Shown here: piece after piece, positions 9,478 through 19,978 of the stretch
How positions within the stretch are numbered: the first letter of the stretch is position 1
Layout: every line of letters begins with the position of its first letter
DNA from: a virus
Taxonomy: Duplodnaviria; Caudoviricetes
DNA: 49,982 nucleotides
IMG/VR virus record: IMGVR_UViG_3300037461_000662
Coordinates: 1-49,982 of that record
Reading direction: 5' to 3' (one strand)
Program-made: the position numbers and the translations under genes
The notes under the pieces: model-generated
The model's input: the letters and a program-made list of their open reading frames with translations, nothing else
The model's database searches: none
Told to the model about the DNA's origin: nothing

Positions 9478-10152
9478 ATGGCAACATTCCCGCTGACGCC
9501 AGAATTCTCCTACGTCGTCGTGCCGCAGTTCTCGACGCTGTCGACGCGATTCGAGTCGGGCCACGTGCAACTGCGCGCGAAGATCGCCAAGCCACGGCGG
9601 TCGTGGAAGCTGCAATGGAAGATCGCCACGCCTGACGAGGCCGAGCAGCTCAACGCCTTCTATTGCGAGATGGTCGGCGCGGCGGGGACGTTCGACTACG
9701 TGCCGTCCGATCCGATACCGCGCCCGTACAGCGCGCCGACGATGGGCAGCTCGACGAGCGGTGCGCTGGGCTCGCGCACGCGCTACGCGAAGTTCTCTTG
9801 GGCCGACGCGAGCAACGAGACGACGCCGAGCGTCGGCTACGGCACGCTCGCCATCGGCGCCAACAACGTCCTCACGGTTACGGTGCCGACGTTTCCGACG
9901 AACGTCACGAAGGCATGGGTGTACGTCGGCGCCACGTCGGCGGTGCTCTGCCGGCAGGCTACCGCGATTACCACGAGCGCGGGGACGTGGACTGAGCCGG
10001 ACGAGGGATACGATACCGGCGGCGCGTCGCCGCTGACGACGAACGCGCTCACCGAGACGGTATCGGTGCACTTCGCCGAGGACTCGCTCGAGATCGTCCA
10101 GAACTCGGCGTATGCGTACTCGATGGCCTGCACGCTGGAGGAGTTGCTTTGA
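9478..10152 (+). CDS. Distal tail protein (lambda gpM-like) with an inserted beta-rich domain
   Basis: Motifs TRFESGHVQ.R, RRSWKL.W, L.AFY...G..GTFDY, and a C-terminal V.F..DSL...TLEE interrupted by an insert of about 115 aa. Confidence 0.75.
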   Translation: MATFPLTPEFSYVVVPQFSTLSTRFESGHVQLRAKIAKPRRSWKLQWKIATPDEAEQLNAFYCEMVGAAGTFDYVPSDPIPRPYSAPTMGSSTSGALGSRTRYAKFSWADASNETTPSVGYGTLAIGANNVLTVTVPTFPTNVTKAWVYVGATSAVLCRQATAITTSAGTWTEPDEGYDTGGASPLTTNALTETVSVHFAEDSLEIVQNSAYAYSMACTLEELL

Positions 10153-11408
10153 AGACTCTGACGGCTGCGCTCATCATCGAGAAGAACAAGCTGGCGAACA
10201 CGTCGCCGTGGATTACGCTGCTGCGCGTCACGCTGGCCGACGCGACGATTCTCAAGCTCGCCGCCTACCCGAGCGACGTGACGTTCAACAGCGAGACGTA
10301 CACCGCATGTCCGTGCGTCATCGAGCCGATAGGCGAGGTGGCGAGCGGGAACATCGGCACGCTGCGTGTCGCCGTCGCCAACGTCAACCGGCTCATATCG
10401 AGCTACCTCGAAACCAACGACCTGCTCGGCAACGCGGTCACTGTGCGCGTCGTGCATGCGTCGCACTTGAGCAGCAGCACGGACAAGATCGATTTCGCGT
10501 ACCGCATCAATCGCGTCATCGTCACCGACGAGGTGGCGACGTTCGAGCTCGGGCACGAGGACTTGATGCGGCTGCAGATTCCGCGCCAGCGCTTTCTGCG
10601 CGGCCGCTGCCGCTGGGTCTACGGCGATACGCGGTGCTGCTACCCGGATGACGAATTCGGAGCGACGACGAAACAGACGCTACGCGACGAGCGCGCGAGC
10701 GGCGGGCCGTTCGAGAAGCTCCAGGGCTGGTACGTCGCCAACGCGCACGAATGCGCTGCGCTCGACATCGGCGTTACCGCCGACGGCTATTTGACGAGCA
10801 CGAACAACACCGGCGCCGTCAAGGAGTGGTACGACAGCAAGACGGATACCGCGTTTGCTTACCGGGTCGTCAACGGCGATATCGACGCCGAGACGCTGCT
10901 CGTCAATACCGCGTTCACGGCCGAGGGCCTGGCGGCGCACTTCGTCTTGCAGTCCTCGACGCTGGCCGAGGACTGGGTATCGATCTGCTGGTATCTCTCG
11001 GGCGAGACGCAGGGCGCGACGGTGCTCGTGCTCTCGACCAACGGCGAGACGGCGGGGACGACGCTCGTTGCCACGTCGACGACCTGGTATCGGTACGCGC
11101 GTATCGTGCGTACGGGCAACGTGGTGACGTGCTACGGCAAGGTGGCGGCGGGAGACTCGTGGACCTCGCTCGGTAGCGTCACGCGGGCGGATATCGGCTC
11201 ACCGGCGCGAATAGGGTTCACGAGCTGCGCGCGGCTCGACACGACGGCCGCAACGGCGGTGCAGTGGGACTACCTGCACGTCACCGCGGGCGGCATTTCG
11301 AGCTGCGACTACACGCTCGACGGCGCGAACGGGTGCCGCGCGCACCAGAACGCGCTCAACTACGGCGGGTTTCCGGCGATTCCGAGCGGGAGGTTGTATG
11401 GCGTGTGA
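10149..11408 (+). CDS. Tail tip protein (lambda gpL-like, Fe-S Cys motif) with an inserted ConA-like domain
   Basis: CRWVY...CCY and C-terminal SCDYTL..GC..H.N..NYGGFP are separated by an insert of about 215 aa. Confidence 0.8.
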   Translation: MKTLTAALIIEKNKLANTSPWITLLRVTLADATILKLAAYPSDVTFNSETYTACPCVIEPIGEVASGNIGTLRVAVANVNRLISSYLETNDLLGNAVTVRVVHASHLSSSTDKIDFAYRINRVIVTDEVATFELGHEDLMRLQIPRQRFLRGRCRWVYGDTRCCYPDDEFGATTKQTLRDERASGGPFEKLQGWYVANAHECAALDIGVTADGYLTSTNNTGAVKEWYDSKTDTAFAYRVVNGDIDAETLLVNTAFTAEGLAAHFVLQSSTLAEDWVSICWYLSGETQGATVLVLSTNGETAGTTLVATSTTWYRYARIVRTGNVVTCYGKVAAGDSWTSLGSVTRADIGSPARIGFTSCARLDTTAATAVQWDYLHVTAGGISSCDYTLDGANGCRAHQNALNYGGFPAIPSGRLYGV

Positions 11409-11802
11409 CGACCTCGTCGGTATTCCGTTCAGGTATGGCGGTCGCGGCGCAGACGGTATGGACTGCTGGGGCGTGGTCGTCGAGGCGTTTCGCCGCCTGG
11501 GGCTCGGCATCGAGGACGTGCCGGCGTACGGCGAGGTGCTCGCGACCGACAACAATCCGGTGTTCGACACCGAGCGGACTGCGTGCTGGCATGCGGTACA
11601 GCCGCCGTACGAGCCGTACGACGTGCTACTATTCGCCGACGGGTGCTGCGGCGCCGCGGCAACGCACTGCGCGCTCTGGCTGGGCCGAGGCCGCATGCTG
11701 CACGCGATAGAGCGGCTTGGGGTAATCGTTTCACCGCTGCGGCATTTCCGCAAGAGGTTGGTCGGGGCGTATCGGCACGAGGGCTTGCAATGCCACGCAT
11801 AG
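11398..11802 (+). CDS. NlpC/P60 tail assembly protein (lambda gpK-like)
   Basis: Motifs GIPFRYGGR..GMDCWG, HCALWLG..MLHA. Confidence 0.9.
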   Translation: MACDDLVGIPFRYGGRGADGMDCWGVVVEAFRRLGLGIEDVPAYGEVLATDNNPVFDTERTACWHAVQPPYEPYDVLLFADGCCGAAATHCALWLGRGRMLHAIERLGVIVSPLRHFRKRLVGAYRHEGLQCHA

Positions 11803-14800
11803 TCTACGTGCCGAACATCATGGAGCCGCACAAGCGGGAGATCCTCGAATGCCGCGTCGGCTACCCGGTTGCGCGGATCCTGCCGGAGTACTTGGACTTC
11901 AAGCGTTGCGTCTGCATTCACCGCGGCAAGACAGAGCAGATCGATCTTTTCAAGTTCAAGTTCGAGGACGAGTTCGACGAGCTCGTCGTCCGCGTCGTAC
12001 CGCAAGGCATCGGCGAGGCGATATTCGGTATCTCGGCGGCGATCGCGAAGGCTGGCGGCGTGGCGCTCGCCATAAAGGCGGGCACTGTATCGATATGGGC
12101 CGTGATCGGCGCGGCGGCGATCAATATCGCGGTTGCGGCCGCGGCGTCGATTGCTATCGGCCAGCTCGTCAATCTGCTCCTGCCGGCGCCGAAGACGCGC
12201 AACTCGGGCTACGAAGGTGAGTCCACTCCGAACTACGGATGGGACGGCATCCAGAACACGAACCAGAACGGCATGCCGATCCAGATCGTCTACGGCAAGC
12301 ACAAGGTCGCCGGGCAGTACCTCGCCACCTACACCGACGCCGAAGACGACGGCACGAGCACGCTCTCGATGCTCGTCGGCTTGTGCGCCGGGCCGATATC
12401 CGCAATCAACGGCTACACGAGCGACCAGACGGCGCTTGCGGCGTCGGCCAGCGGCGCGGGCCTGAAGGTCGATGGCAACGCCGGGACGCTGTTCAACGGC
12501 ATGACGGTGTCGTACCGTCGTGGCGCATTCGAGCAGGCGCTGATCCCCGGCTTTGCCGACGTGGTCACGCAGTACGACGTATCGCAGGAGGTCGACCTCA
12601 TCGGTACGTCCGGCCTCGGGTACGTCTACACGACGACGACCGACGTGCAGGCAGCCGAGGTCATGCTCGCATTCCCGAGCGGCCTGTATCGCATGAGCGA
12701 TCGCGGGGCGATGTTGCAGTACGACTGCACGTTGCGCTTCCGCTACCGCGAGGACAACAGCTCGTCGTCCTGGTCGGCGGTATCGACGGAGACGTACTCG
12801 GCCAAGACGCGCTCGCGCTGGAACGCCTCGCACCGCATCGACTTCCCGCACCACGGCAAGTACCAGATCGAGGTGGCGCGCGTCACAGAGGCCGATACGT
12901 CGCTCACGTCTTCGGCGTCGTACGTCACCGGAGTGAAGGAGGTCGAGTACGACGACATCGCGTATCGCGGCGTCGCGCTCGTCGGCATCAAGGCCGTAGC
13001 GAGCGAGCAGCTCAACGGTCGCTTGCCGGGCGTCACCAGCATCGTGCACGGCAAGAAGGTCGTCGTCTACCACCCGGACGACGACTTCGGCGCGGATACC
13101 GAGCAGACGATATCCGCAGACGGTGAAGCGCTCTGGGGCTGGAATGCCGAGAACGTTGCGAAGGCCGATTCGATTGCGACGAACGAATACGCGGCGCACA
13201 CGCTGTCGGTGCTGCACGGCGCCGCAACGAGCGACTGGGACGGCTCGACGGTGACGGCGCCGCTCGTCTACAAGGAGATCGCCGGTAACTTCGACGTGCG
13301 CGTACGGGCGCAGATGGCGGGCACGACCGACGCCGGCGACGCCGTCGGCCTGGTATGCCGGTCGCAGGACGACGCGACGGACTGGATTGCCATCGTGCTG
13401 GAACACGACGGCAGCGACGCGCACTGGGCGGTGCGCGACACCACCAATGGCTCGACGACCAACTACCTCGATACCGACACGCTGACGACCGATACGTACC
13501 TGCGGCTCGTGCGCTCCGGCTCGACGTACACCGCGTACACGTCGGCCAACGGCACGTCGTGGACCGAGCGCGCCGAGGTGACGCACGCCGGGATCTCCGC
13601 AACGGTAGACCTCGGCCTCGTGACGTACTCCGACACGTCGACGGCGGGGACGCACCGCGCGACGTTCAGCGTGTTCTCGTTCGAGGACTCGACGGCGTAC
13701 TCGACGGAGTGCAGCAGCAATCCCGCGTGGGTGATCTACGACCTGCTCACCGATACGCACTACGGCATCGGGTCGTACGTCGACACGACGCAGATCGATA
13801 CGGACTCCTTCATCGATTTCGCGGACTACTGCAACACGCTGGTCAGCGACGGCGACAACGGCACGCACCGGAGGCATCGGTTCGACGGCGTCATCGACGC
13901 GCAGCGCGGCGCGTGGGAGACGGTCAACCGCATCGCGGAGAACTCGCGCGCGGCGGTGCTCAAGCAGGCGGACAAGATCCGCATGCTCTGGCAGGCGGCG
14001 AGTACCGCGGTGCAGCTCTTCGCGATGTCGAACATCAAGGCGGGCTCGTGGTCGCAGGTCTACCAGTCGCCGGAGAGCGGCGGCAACTATTGGGAGGTGC
14101 AGTTTCTTAACGACGCGAACGATTACGAGCAGGACTACGCGACGTACATCGATTCGGCAATTCCGTCCGGCGAGCCGTATCGGCGCGAGACGGTATCGGC
14201 GTACGGCATCACGCGGCAGGCCGAGGCGATCCGCAAGGCGATGTGGCACTGCAAGGCCAACCGCTACCTCAAGCACGTCGTCTCGTTCGAGACGGGCCTT
14301 GACGCGATCGCGTGCGAGCCGGGGGACCGGATCGAGATCCAGCACGACGTGCCGCAATGGGGCCACGGCGGCCGCGTGGTGAGCAGCGAGAACACTTCTG
14401 TGGTGCTCGACAAGAGCGTCACGCTCGCGGCGGGCTCGACGTACCAGGTCATGGTGCGGCATTCGGCAGACGACAGCATCGAGACGCGTACGATTCAGGA
14501 CGTTGCCGGAACGTACTACACGCTGACCGTTCTGCCGGCATGGACGAGCAATCCAGCGGCGGATGACGTGTGGGCCGTCGGCGTGTCGAGCATCGTCACG
14601 AAGCCGTTCGTGGTGTCGAGCATCAAGCGCAGCGGCGACCTCGAGTGCGCGATCGAGGCAATCGAGTACGTCGAGGATGCGTACGACGACGAGATCGATA
14701 CCATCGAGCAGAGCTCGTACACCGGGCTCGTCGATCCGCGGACGATGCCGGACGAGGTCACTGGCCTCAGAGCAACCGAGCGGGCGCAGATCCTCAACGA

Positions 14801-16085
14801 CGGCACGATTCGCAATGTCATCGACGTGACGTACGGGCTGCCGACCGGCGCGACGCGCTCCAACGTGTACTGGCGCGAGCACGGCCTTACCGCGTGGGAG
14901 CAGGCCGGGCGACCGTACGGGACGCAGTATACGATCGAGAGCGGCGTTGCGCACGGTATCACCTACGACGTGTGCGTAGCGGCAGTGAGCACGTACGGCG
15001 TGCATCGTGCGCCGGATGCGTGCAGTTACGTCACGCTCACCGTCGTCGGCAAGACGACGCCGCCGAGCAACGTCTCCGGCCTGGTCGTCACGCTCGTCGG
15101 CGACCGCATCTATATGCGCTGGGACGCAGTCACCGACGCCGACCTCGGCGGCTACGAGATCCGCTACGGCGCGAGCACGTGGGAGACGTGCACGATACTC
15201 GGGCAGAGCGCGAAGAACGAATACAACTGCCTCAACGTCGCCGGCGGGATTGAGACGTACTACCAGGTCAAAGCGTACAACACGAGCGGCATCTACTCGA
15301 CAACCGCCGCGTGGGTGCTCGAGACGCTGCCGGAGAGATACGGGGAGAATCTCATCGTCGAGCGCGACGAGGTCGTCGAGGGCTGGGACGGGACGAAGGT
15401 GGATACCGAGGTCGACGGCTCGACGCACCTCGTGATCGACCAGACGCAGACGGCGCCGGCGCTGACCGGCACCTACGAAACGCCGGTAATTGACTGCGGC
15501 GCGAGCGTGCGGCCGCTCGTCTCGGTCATGACCAAGATATCGCAGTCCTACGCCGGGCTGACGTGGGCCGGCGCGACGTTCACATGGGGCAGCGCAACGG
15601 CGCAGGCGATGACGTGGGGCGGGCCTGCGGGCGAGTCGCACATCGCGGCCACGCTGCAATTCCGTTACGGCGACGCGCTCGATACCGCCGGCAACGTCGA
15701 CGGGACGTACGCGACATTTCAGGTCGGCGAGTACAGCGGGCGGTACTTCCAATTCAAGCTGTCGCTCACCGTCGACAGCACCGAGTACAACGCCGTCGTC
15801 GAGGAGATGGTAACGAAGATCGACGTGCCGGACCTGCTCTGCAGCGCGACGAACGTTGCGATTGCGGGGACGGGGACGACCACGATTACGTTCACGACGG
15901 CGGCGCCGGGGTTCTCGGGGTTCCACGTGGCGCCCGACTTCGTAGCGGTGCCGTACAACCCGAGCGCGCCGGGCGACTTCGTGCGCGTGGACGCGGTGAG
16001 CGCAACGACGGCGACCGTGCGCCATTACAACGCCGCTGGGTCGCAGACCGCCGGGGCGTGCAACTTCATTGCAAAGGGGTACTGA
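11790..16085 (+). CDS. Central tail fibre / tip attachment protein (lambda gpI+gpJ-like) with FN3 domains and a ConA-like insert
   Basis: Motifs G.PIQIVYG.HKVAG, SNPAWVIYDLLT..YGIG, F.DFADYC, EPGDRI.IQHDVP.WG.GGR; FN3-like PDEVTGL and PPSNVSGL. Confidence 0.9.
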   Translation: MPRIVYVPNIMEPHKREILECRVGYPVARILPEYLDFKRCVCIHRGKTEQIDLFKFKFEDEFDELVVRVVPQGIGEAIFGISAAIAKAGGVALAIKAGTVSIWAVIGAAAINIAVAAAASIAIGQLVNLLLPAPKTRNSGYEGESTPNYGWDGIQNTNQNGMPIQIVYGKHKVAGQYLATYTDAEDDGTSTLSMLVGLCAGPISAINGYTSDQTALAASASGAGLKVDGNAGTLFNGMTVSYRRGAFEQALIPGFADVVTQYDVSQEVDLIGTSGLGYVYTTTTDVQAAEVMLAFPSGLYRMSDRGAMLQYDCTLRFRYREDNSSSSWSAVSTETYSAKTRSRWNASHRIDFPHHGKYQIEVARVTEADTSLTSSASYVTGVKEVEYDDIAYRGVALVGIKAVASEQLNGRLPGVTSIVHGKKVVVYHPDDDFGADTEQTISADGEALWGWNAENVAKADSIATNEYAAHTLSVLHGAATSDWDGSTVTAPLVYKEIAGNFDVRVRAQMAGTTDAGDAVGLVCRSQDDATDWIAIVLEHDGSDAHWAVRDTTNGSTTNYLDTDTLTTDTYLRLVRSGSTYTAYTSANGTSWTERAEVTHAGISATVDLGLVTYSDTSTAGTHRATFSVFSFEDSTAYSTECSSNPAWVIYDLLTDTHYGIGSYVDTTQIDTDSFIDFADYCNTLVSDGDNGTHRRHRFDGVIDAQRGAWETVNRIAENSRAAVLKQADKIRMLWQAASTAVQLFAMSNIKAGSWSQVYQSPESGGNYWEVQFLNDANDYEQDYATYIDSAIPSGEPYRRETVSAYGITRQAEAIRKAMWHCKANRYLKHVVSFETGLDAIACEPGDRIEIQHDVPQWGHGGRVVSSENTSVVLDKSVTLAAGSTYQVMVRHSADDSIETRTIQDVAGTYYTLTVLPAWTSNPAADDVWAVGVSSIVTKPFVVSSIKRSGDLECAIEAIEYVEDAYDDEIDTIEQSSYTGLVDPRTMPDEVTGLRATERAQILNDGTIRNVIDVTYGLPTGATRSNVYWREHGLTAWEQAGRPYGTQYTIESGVAHGITYDVCVAAVSTYGVHRAPDACSYVTLTVVGKTTPPSNVSGLVVTLVGDRIYMRWDAVTDADLGGYEIRYGASTWETCTILGQSAKNEYNCLNVAGGIETYYQVKAYNTSGIYSTTAAWVLETLPERYGENLIVERDEVVEGWDGTKVDTEVDGSTHLVIDQTQTAPALTGTYETPVIDCGASVRPLVSVMTKISQSYAGLTWAGATFTWGSATAQAMTWGGPAGESHIAATLQFRYGDALDTAGNVDGTYATFQVGEYSGRYFQFKLSLTVDSTEYNAVVEEMVTKIDVPDLLCSATNVAIAGTGTTTITFTTAAPGFSGFHVAPDFVAVPYNPSAPGDFVRVDAVSATTATVRHYNAAGSQTAGACNFIAKGY

Positions 16086-16086
16086 T

Positions 16087-17199
16087 ATGAGTCAGATATG
16101 GATCCCGAACACGTCGGCAGAGCTCGACAGCGACGACACGCTCTCGGACTCGCGCGGATACATCAACGACGCGCTCGAGGCGCTGCGGTCCTCGTGGTCG
16201 GGGACGGGCACGCCGAGCTCGCCGGTGGCCGGGCAGCTTTTCTACAGCACGGATTCCAAGCTCCTATGCATCTATGACGGCGCGTCATGGTATGCCATCG
16301 GTTCGGTGACCTCGAATCGCCTCGGCCTGCTCCCGCGCTCGGCTGGCGCGTCGTTCCCGCTGACCGGGGACCTGTACGTCGGCAATGCGTATCTCAAGCA
16401 AGTGGCGACGCCGGTAGACAGCACGGATGGCGCCAACAAGTACTACGTCGATACGTACGCGCTGCTGAAGACTGGCGGCACGCTGACCGGCGGCATCGCG
16501 ATGGGCGCGAACGATATCACCATGGACCACAACCCGACGCTGGCGACGCACCTCGCGCGCAAAGCGTACGTGGACCTCTTCCTGCCGCTGGCGGGCGGGA
16601 CGATGGCGGGCAACATCGCCATGGGCGGCTACAAGCTCACCGGCTTGGCGGCGGGGACCGCGGGGAGCAACGACTCGTGCCGCATGGCCGAGTTCACCGC
16701 GGCGTTGGATCCGAGCACGGGGCACGACCACGACGGCAGTGACAGCAAGAAGGTGCTGGCCGCGAATCTCGACACGACGGGCTCGGCTGCTGACATCGTA
16801 GTCACCGCGAACGGTAGCGGTGGTGTTACGTTGCGGTCCTTCTTGCCGATCACAGGCGCCGCGATCGCGCACGAAACCGTGTTGACCAACGCTGGGTATT
16901 CTACGGTCTGTACTACTGGCAATATGGCGCTTGCGTCGGGCCGTAAGGTGTTGGTCGTCGTGAGTGGGTTCGGCGTAGCGACCTCAACGGGCGAGGGAAG
17001 CTTCAAGATCCAGCGCATTGCCGGAGGCACCACTGATATCGTTGCGGCGGTTGCGATGCATGGCGGGTGGTGCGGCTACGCATACATAGACACGACGGCA
17101 GGAGCTGCGACTCATAACTATCGGCTCGTGGCGACGTGGTCGACCGCAGAGGGCGGGACGTTGCATAACGCATCAATCTGCGCGTTTGAGGTGCAGTAA
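16087..17199 (+). CDS. Tail fibre protein
   Basis: Repeated GGT(L/M)(T/A)G.IAMG and K.YVD fibre motifs; C-terminal beta domain. Confidence 0.75.
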   Translation: MSQIWIPNTSAELDSDDTLSDSRGYINDALEALRSSWSGTGTPSSPVAGQLFYSTDSKLLCIYDGASWYAIGSVTSNRLGLLPRSAGASFPLTGDLYVGNAYLKQVATPVDSTDGANKYYVDTYALLKTGGTLTGGIAMGANDITMDHNPTLATHLARKAYVDLFLPLAGGTMAGNIAMGGYKLTGLAAGTAGSNDSCRMAEFTAALDPSTGHDHDGSDSKKVLAANLDTTGSAADIVVTANGSGGVTLRSFLPITGAAIAHETVLTNAGYSTVCTTGNMALASGRKVLVVVSGFGVATSTGEGSFKIQRIAGGTTDIVAAVAMHGGWCGYAYIDTTAGAATHNYRLVATWSTAEGGTLHNASICAFEVQ

Positions 17200-17525
17200 T
17201 GGACACGATCAAGCTCTGGACCAGCGACTACGGTCAGATATTGCGATGCCGCACGTACGCGACGGATATTGCGAGCGCCACCGTTTATATCGAACTCAAG
17301 AAACTCGGCGCGACTACGAAAAAGCAGATTATCGCCAGCGCGGTTACTGGCGACACTGACGACGAAGGCGACGCATGCTATTCGGTCGAGGTGACAATCC
17401 CACAGGCGTTTCTCTCTGACATGACTGGCACATGGCTCGGTGCCGTGGTGGCCTACTATCCGACGAAGACGATCAGCTCCGTCGAGACGTTCACTCTAAT
17501 AGTGTCGGCTAGACCGACGGCGTAA
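17199..17525 (+). CDS. Small tail/baseplate-associated protein
   Basis: TAATG coupling to the fibre gene; beta-rich, 108 aa. Confidence 0.55.
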   Translation: MDTIKLWTSDYGQILRCRTYATDIASATVYIELKKLGATTKKQIIASAVTGDTDDEGDACYSVEVTIPQAFLSDMTGTWLGAVVAYYPTKTISSVETFTLIVSARPTA

Positions 17526-17542
17526 CACAGGAGGAGGTAGTT

Positions 17543-18025
17543 ATGGCGAGTGGAGCCTACACGGCAGGACTCAAGGCAATCATGGATGGTACGATTCATT
17601 GGGAGGCGCCGGAAACCGAGAGCGATACCATCAAGGTGATGCTCCTGTCGACGACGACCGCGTATACGTACGATCCCGATCATGTGTATGTGGACGCGGG
17701 CGGCGCAGCCGATCCCGTCGACGCAGAAACCAACGTCAGCGGATACGATCGCGGCTGGGGCGAGGCAGGGCGCAAAGCGCTGGCGACGCGCACGATGACG
17801 GTCAACAACACGAACAACACTATCACGTTCGACGCTACCGATCCGACCGCGTGGACGTTGGCGGCAGGCGAGACTGTCGCGGCTGCCGTCATCATCAAGG
17901 AAGGAGCCGCAAACGACACGACGAGTCAGCTGCTGTTCTACGTCGACTTTACCGACACCGCCACCAACGGCGGCACCTTCACGCTGTCGTTCAACGCCAG
18001 CGGTATCGCAGTGGTCACGGTCTGA
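17543..18025 (+). CDS. Minor tail protein
   Basis: Strong RBS AGGAGGAGG; motifs DTIKVMLL, ITFDA.D..W, TNGGTFTLSFNASGI, typical of small phage tail proteins. Confidence 0.7.
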   Translation: MASGAYTAGLKAIMDGTIHWEAPETESDTIKVMLLSTTTAYTYDPDHVYVDAGGAADPVDAETNVSGYDRGWGEAGRKALATRTMTVNNTNNTITFDATDPTAWTLAAGETVAAAVIIKEGAANDTTSQLLFYVDFTDTATNGGTFTLSFNASGIAVVTV

Positions 18026-18040
18026 GTAGGAGCATACGCC

Positions 18041-18463
18041 ATGAGACAGAGATTCAACGCACTAGTGGCGACGTTGCTGATTACGGCAATGGTGTTTGCC
18101 TCCGGGCATACCGGTACGCTCGGCGATCCAGACATCATGTATCAGTCGGCGACAACGGCGATCGAGTTCAGCGACGCATATACCTCGTTGGGCCTCGCGG
18201 TATCTCGCATCGATGTCAGGATCACGACGACTGCCGGAGCGGACGTAGTGTCTTGGAGCGCAACCTCGGGGTGGACTATCTCGGGTGGGTACTATCACCT
18301 TCCGTGGTATACGCAGGCATCGGCGCTCAGCAACGCAACGTACATCGTCTATATGCGAGTGTGGGACAACGCGGGGAACACGAGCGCGTGGAGCGAAGCG
18401 TTTTATGTCGTGCGCGCGTGGAGCTCTCTCGCCGCGCCGAGTGGCATGAGGACTACGTCCTAG
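18041..18463 (+). CDS. Predicted secreted FN3/Ig-like protein with C-terminal LAAPSGMRT tail
   Basis: Signal-peptide-like MRQRFNALVATLLITAMVFA; FN3-type Y.VYMRVWDNAGNTSAWS; RBS AGGAG. Confidence 0.65.
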   Translation: MRQRFNALVATLLITAMVFASGHTGTLGDPDIMYQSATTAIEFSDAYTSLGLAVSRIDVRITTTAGADVVSWSATSGWTISGGYYHLPWYTQASALSNATYIVYMRVWDNAGNTSAWSEAFYVVRAWSSLAAPSGMRTTS

Positions 18464-18489
18464 ACTAGAAGTGAAGAAGAGGAAAGTAT

Positions 18490-19974
18490 ATGGCTACGTG
18501 GTACGTCTCAAGCGTTACCGGCGATGATGCGAGAAACGAAGCAACGGCGCAATCCGCGTCAACTCCGTGGCTCACCATACAGAAGGCGTTCGATACCGCC
18601 AATTCTGGCGCAGGCTTGAACGCCGGCGATGTCGTCTGGGTGTCTCCCGGCGCGTATCGTCACGATGCCGCCGAGCTCGACGTGAAGACCAACGGTACGC
18701 TTGAGACGGCCGCGTACGTCAAAGGCGATCCCAACTGCACGCAGTCCTGGGGTACGTCGGTCAAGCCTGGTCTGTGCCGCATCACGCGGTGCGACTCAAA
18801 CGATCATGCTACCATCGGGCGCGTGATCGACTATGCCGGCGAGGCGTATGTTGAGTTCTGGGATTTCCAGATCGACGGCAATATTGGAAATGATGTCGGG
18901 ACCAACTATGCCGTCGAGGGCGACGCTGCAGCAGCGGGACAAAAGCTCGTACGGTGCGTCATCGTTACCGGCGGATATCAGTATGCCGTGGCCGCAATCG
19001 ATCTGGACCTGTGCGCGGTGTTCTCTCCGTATTCGCCCTACAACGGGGCCAAGACTATAAAGCGCTCGTTGTTGGTCGGAACCGGCAATGCTACCAGCGG
19101 TGCACATACGCTCGATGCGTGCATATTGGTAAATGCCGGCATTTCTACCACCGCTGTTGCGAAGAATTGTCTGTTCCTTGGCATGGGTGCGTGCCCGAAC
19201 AACGGCGGCGCCGATGGTAGCGATCGCAACGTGCTTCTGTGCGCGACTCAAATGGCTCGCGGCACAACCTCAAATCCTCCAGACGGGTGCTTTGGAATCT
19301 CGTGCAACGACGACGTGTACAGCACAGAGAACTTCAACATGGGCGGCAATTATGCGTTCTGTGTCAACGACGTGAACGCTGCCGCCAACGGAGGGACCGA
19401 CCCTGTATCGGCAAAGGCGCCGCTCTTTCCGCCGGCGTTGCAGATATTGCGCGGGCTCGAGATGGCGTTTCGATTCAGGCTCCAAGACGGCGCATTGTCG
19501 GCCGGTACGGAGACGAGCGAGACGAACGGGATGGACCTGGTTGCTCTCGCAACGCGATTTCGCGGGCAGGCAGCCAGCCGGAAATATCCCGGACCGTGGG
19601 CGCAGAGCGATAAGACTTGGACGTATGACGCGACCAACGGCAACACGATCACGATATATCAGACCGGGCGGGAGGTATTGCACGTCCCCATCAAGAAACT
19701 GACGGCGACGACGTGGTCGCTGACGTGCGCGTATGATCTCGCTGGTGGTACTGGGTATCCGACGCTTACCCTGATCAACCCGTACACCGGAGCTACGATT
19801 GCAAGCGACGCAGTAACCGGAGAAGACACGTCGCCTGTTACGCTGAGCGTAAGCGTGGACAACGACGACGTGGCGCAGGACATGGTAGCGCTGCTCGTGC
19901 TTGCGGTCGCAGAGACTTCGGTGGAGACTTCAGGGTATGGCTACGCATCTTTCTATGGCCTCGCGGTGAGCTAA
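18490..19974 (+). CDS. Putative beta-helix (pectin lyase-like) tailspike or depolymerase
   Basis: N-terminal WYVSS.TGDD...TPWLTIQKA...GDVVWV.PG.Y, typical of beta-helix proteins; rich in Asn, Cys and Gly. Confidence 0.6.
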   Translation: MATWYVSSVTGDDARNEATAQSASTPWLTIQKAFDTANSGAGLNAGDVVWVSPGAYRHDAAELDVKTNGTLETAAYVKGDPNCTQSWGTSVKPGLCRITRCDSNDHATIGRVIDYAGEAYVEFWDFQIDGNIGNDVGTNYAVEGDAAAAGQKLVRCVIVTGGYQYAVAAIDLDLCAVFSPYSPYNGAKTIKRSLLVGTGNATSGAHTLDACILVNAGISTTAVAKNCLFLGMGACPNNGGADGSDRNVLLCATQMARGTTSNPPDGCFGISCNDDVYSTENFNMGGNYAFCVNDVNAAANGGTDPVSAKAPLFPPALQILRGLEMAFRFRLQDGALSAGTETSETNGMDLVALATRFRGQAASRKYPGPWAQSDKTWTYDATNGNTITIYQTGREVLHVPIKKLTATTWSLTCAYDLAGGTGYPTLTLINPYTGATIASDAVTGEDTSPVTLSVSVDNDDVAQDMVALLVLAVAETSVETSGYGYASFYGLAVS

Positions 19975-19978
19975 CCAC

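Noticed and set aside
11199-16025. 1608-aa - strand ORF and other long antisense ORFs (e.g. 2430..4091, 6089..7147)
   Set aside because: They are shadow frames of GC-rich genes: Arg/Val-rich, with no motifs, and fully overlapping well-supported + strand genes.
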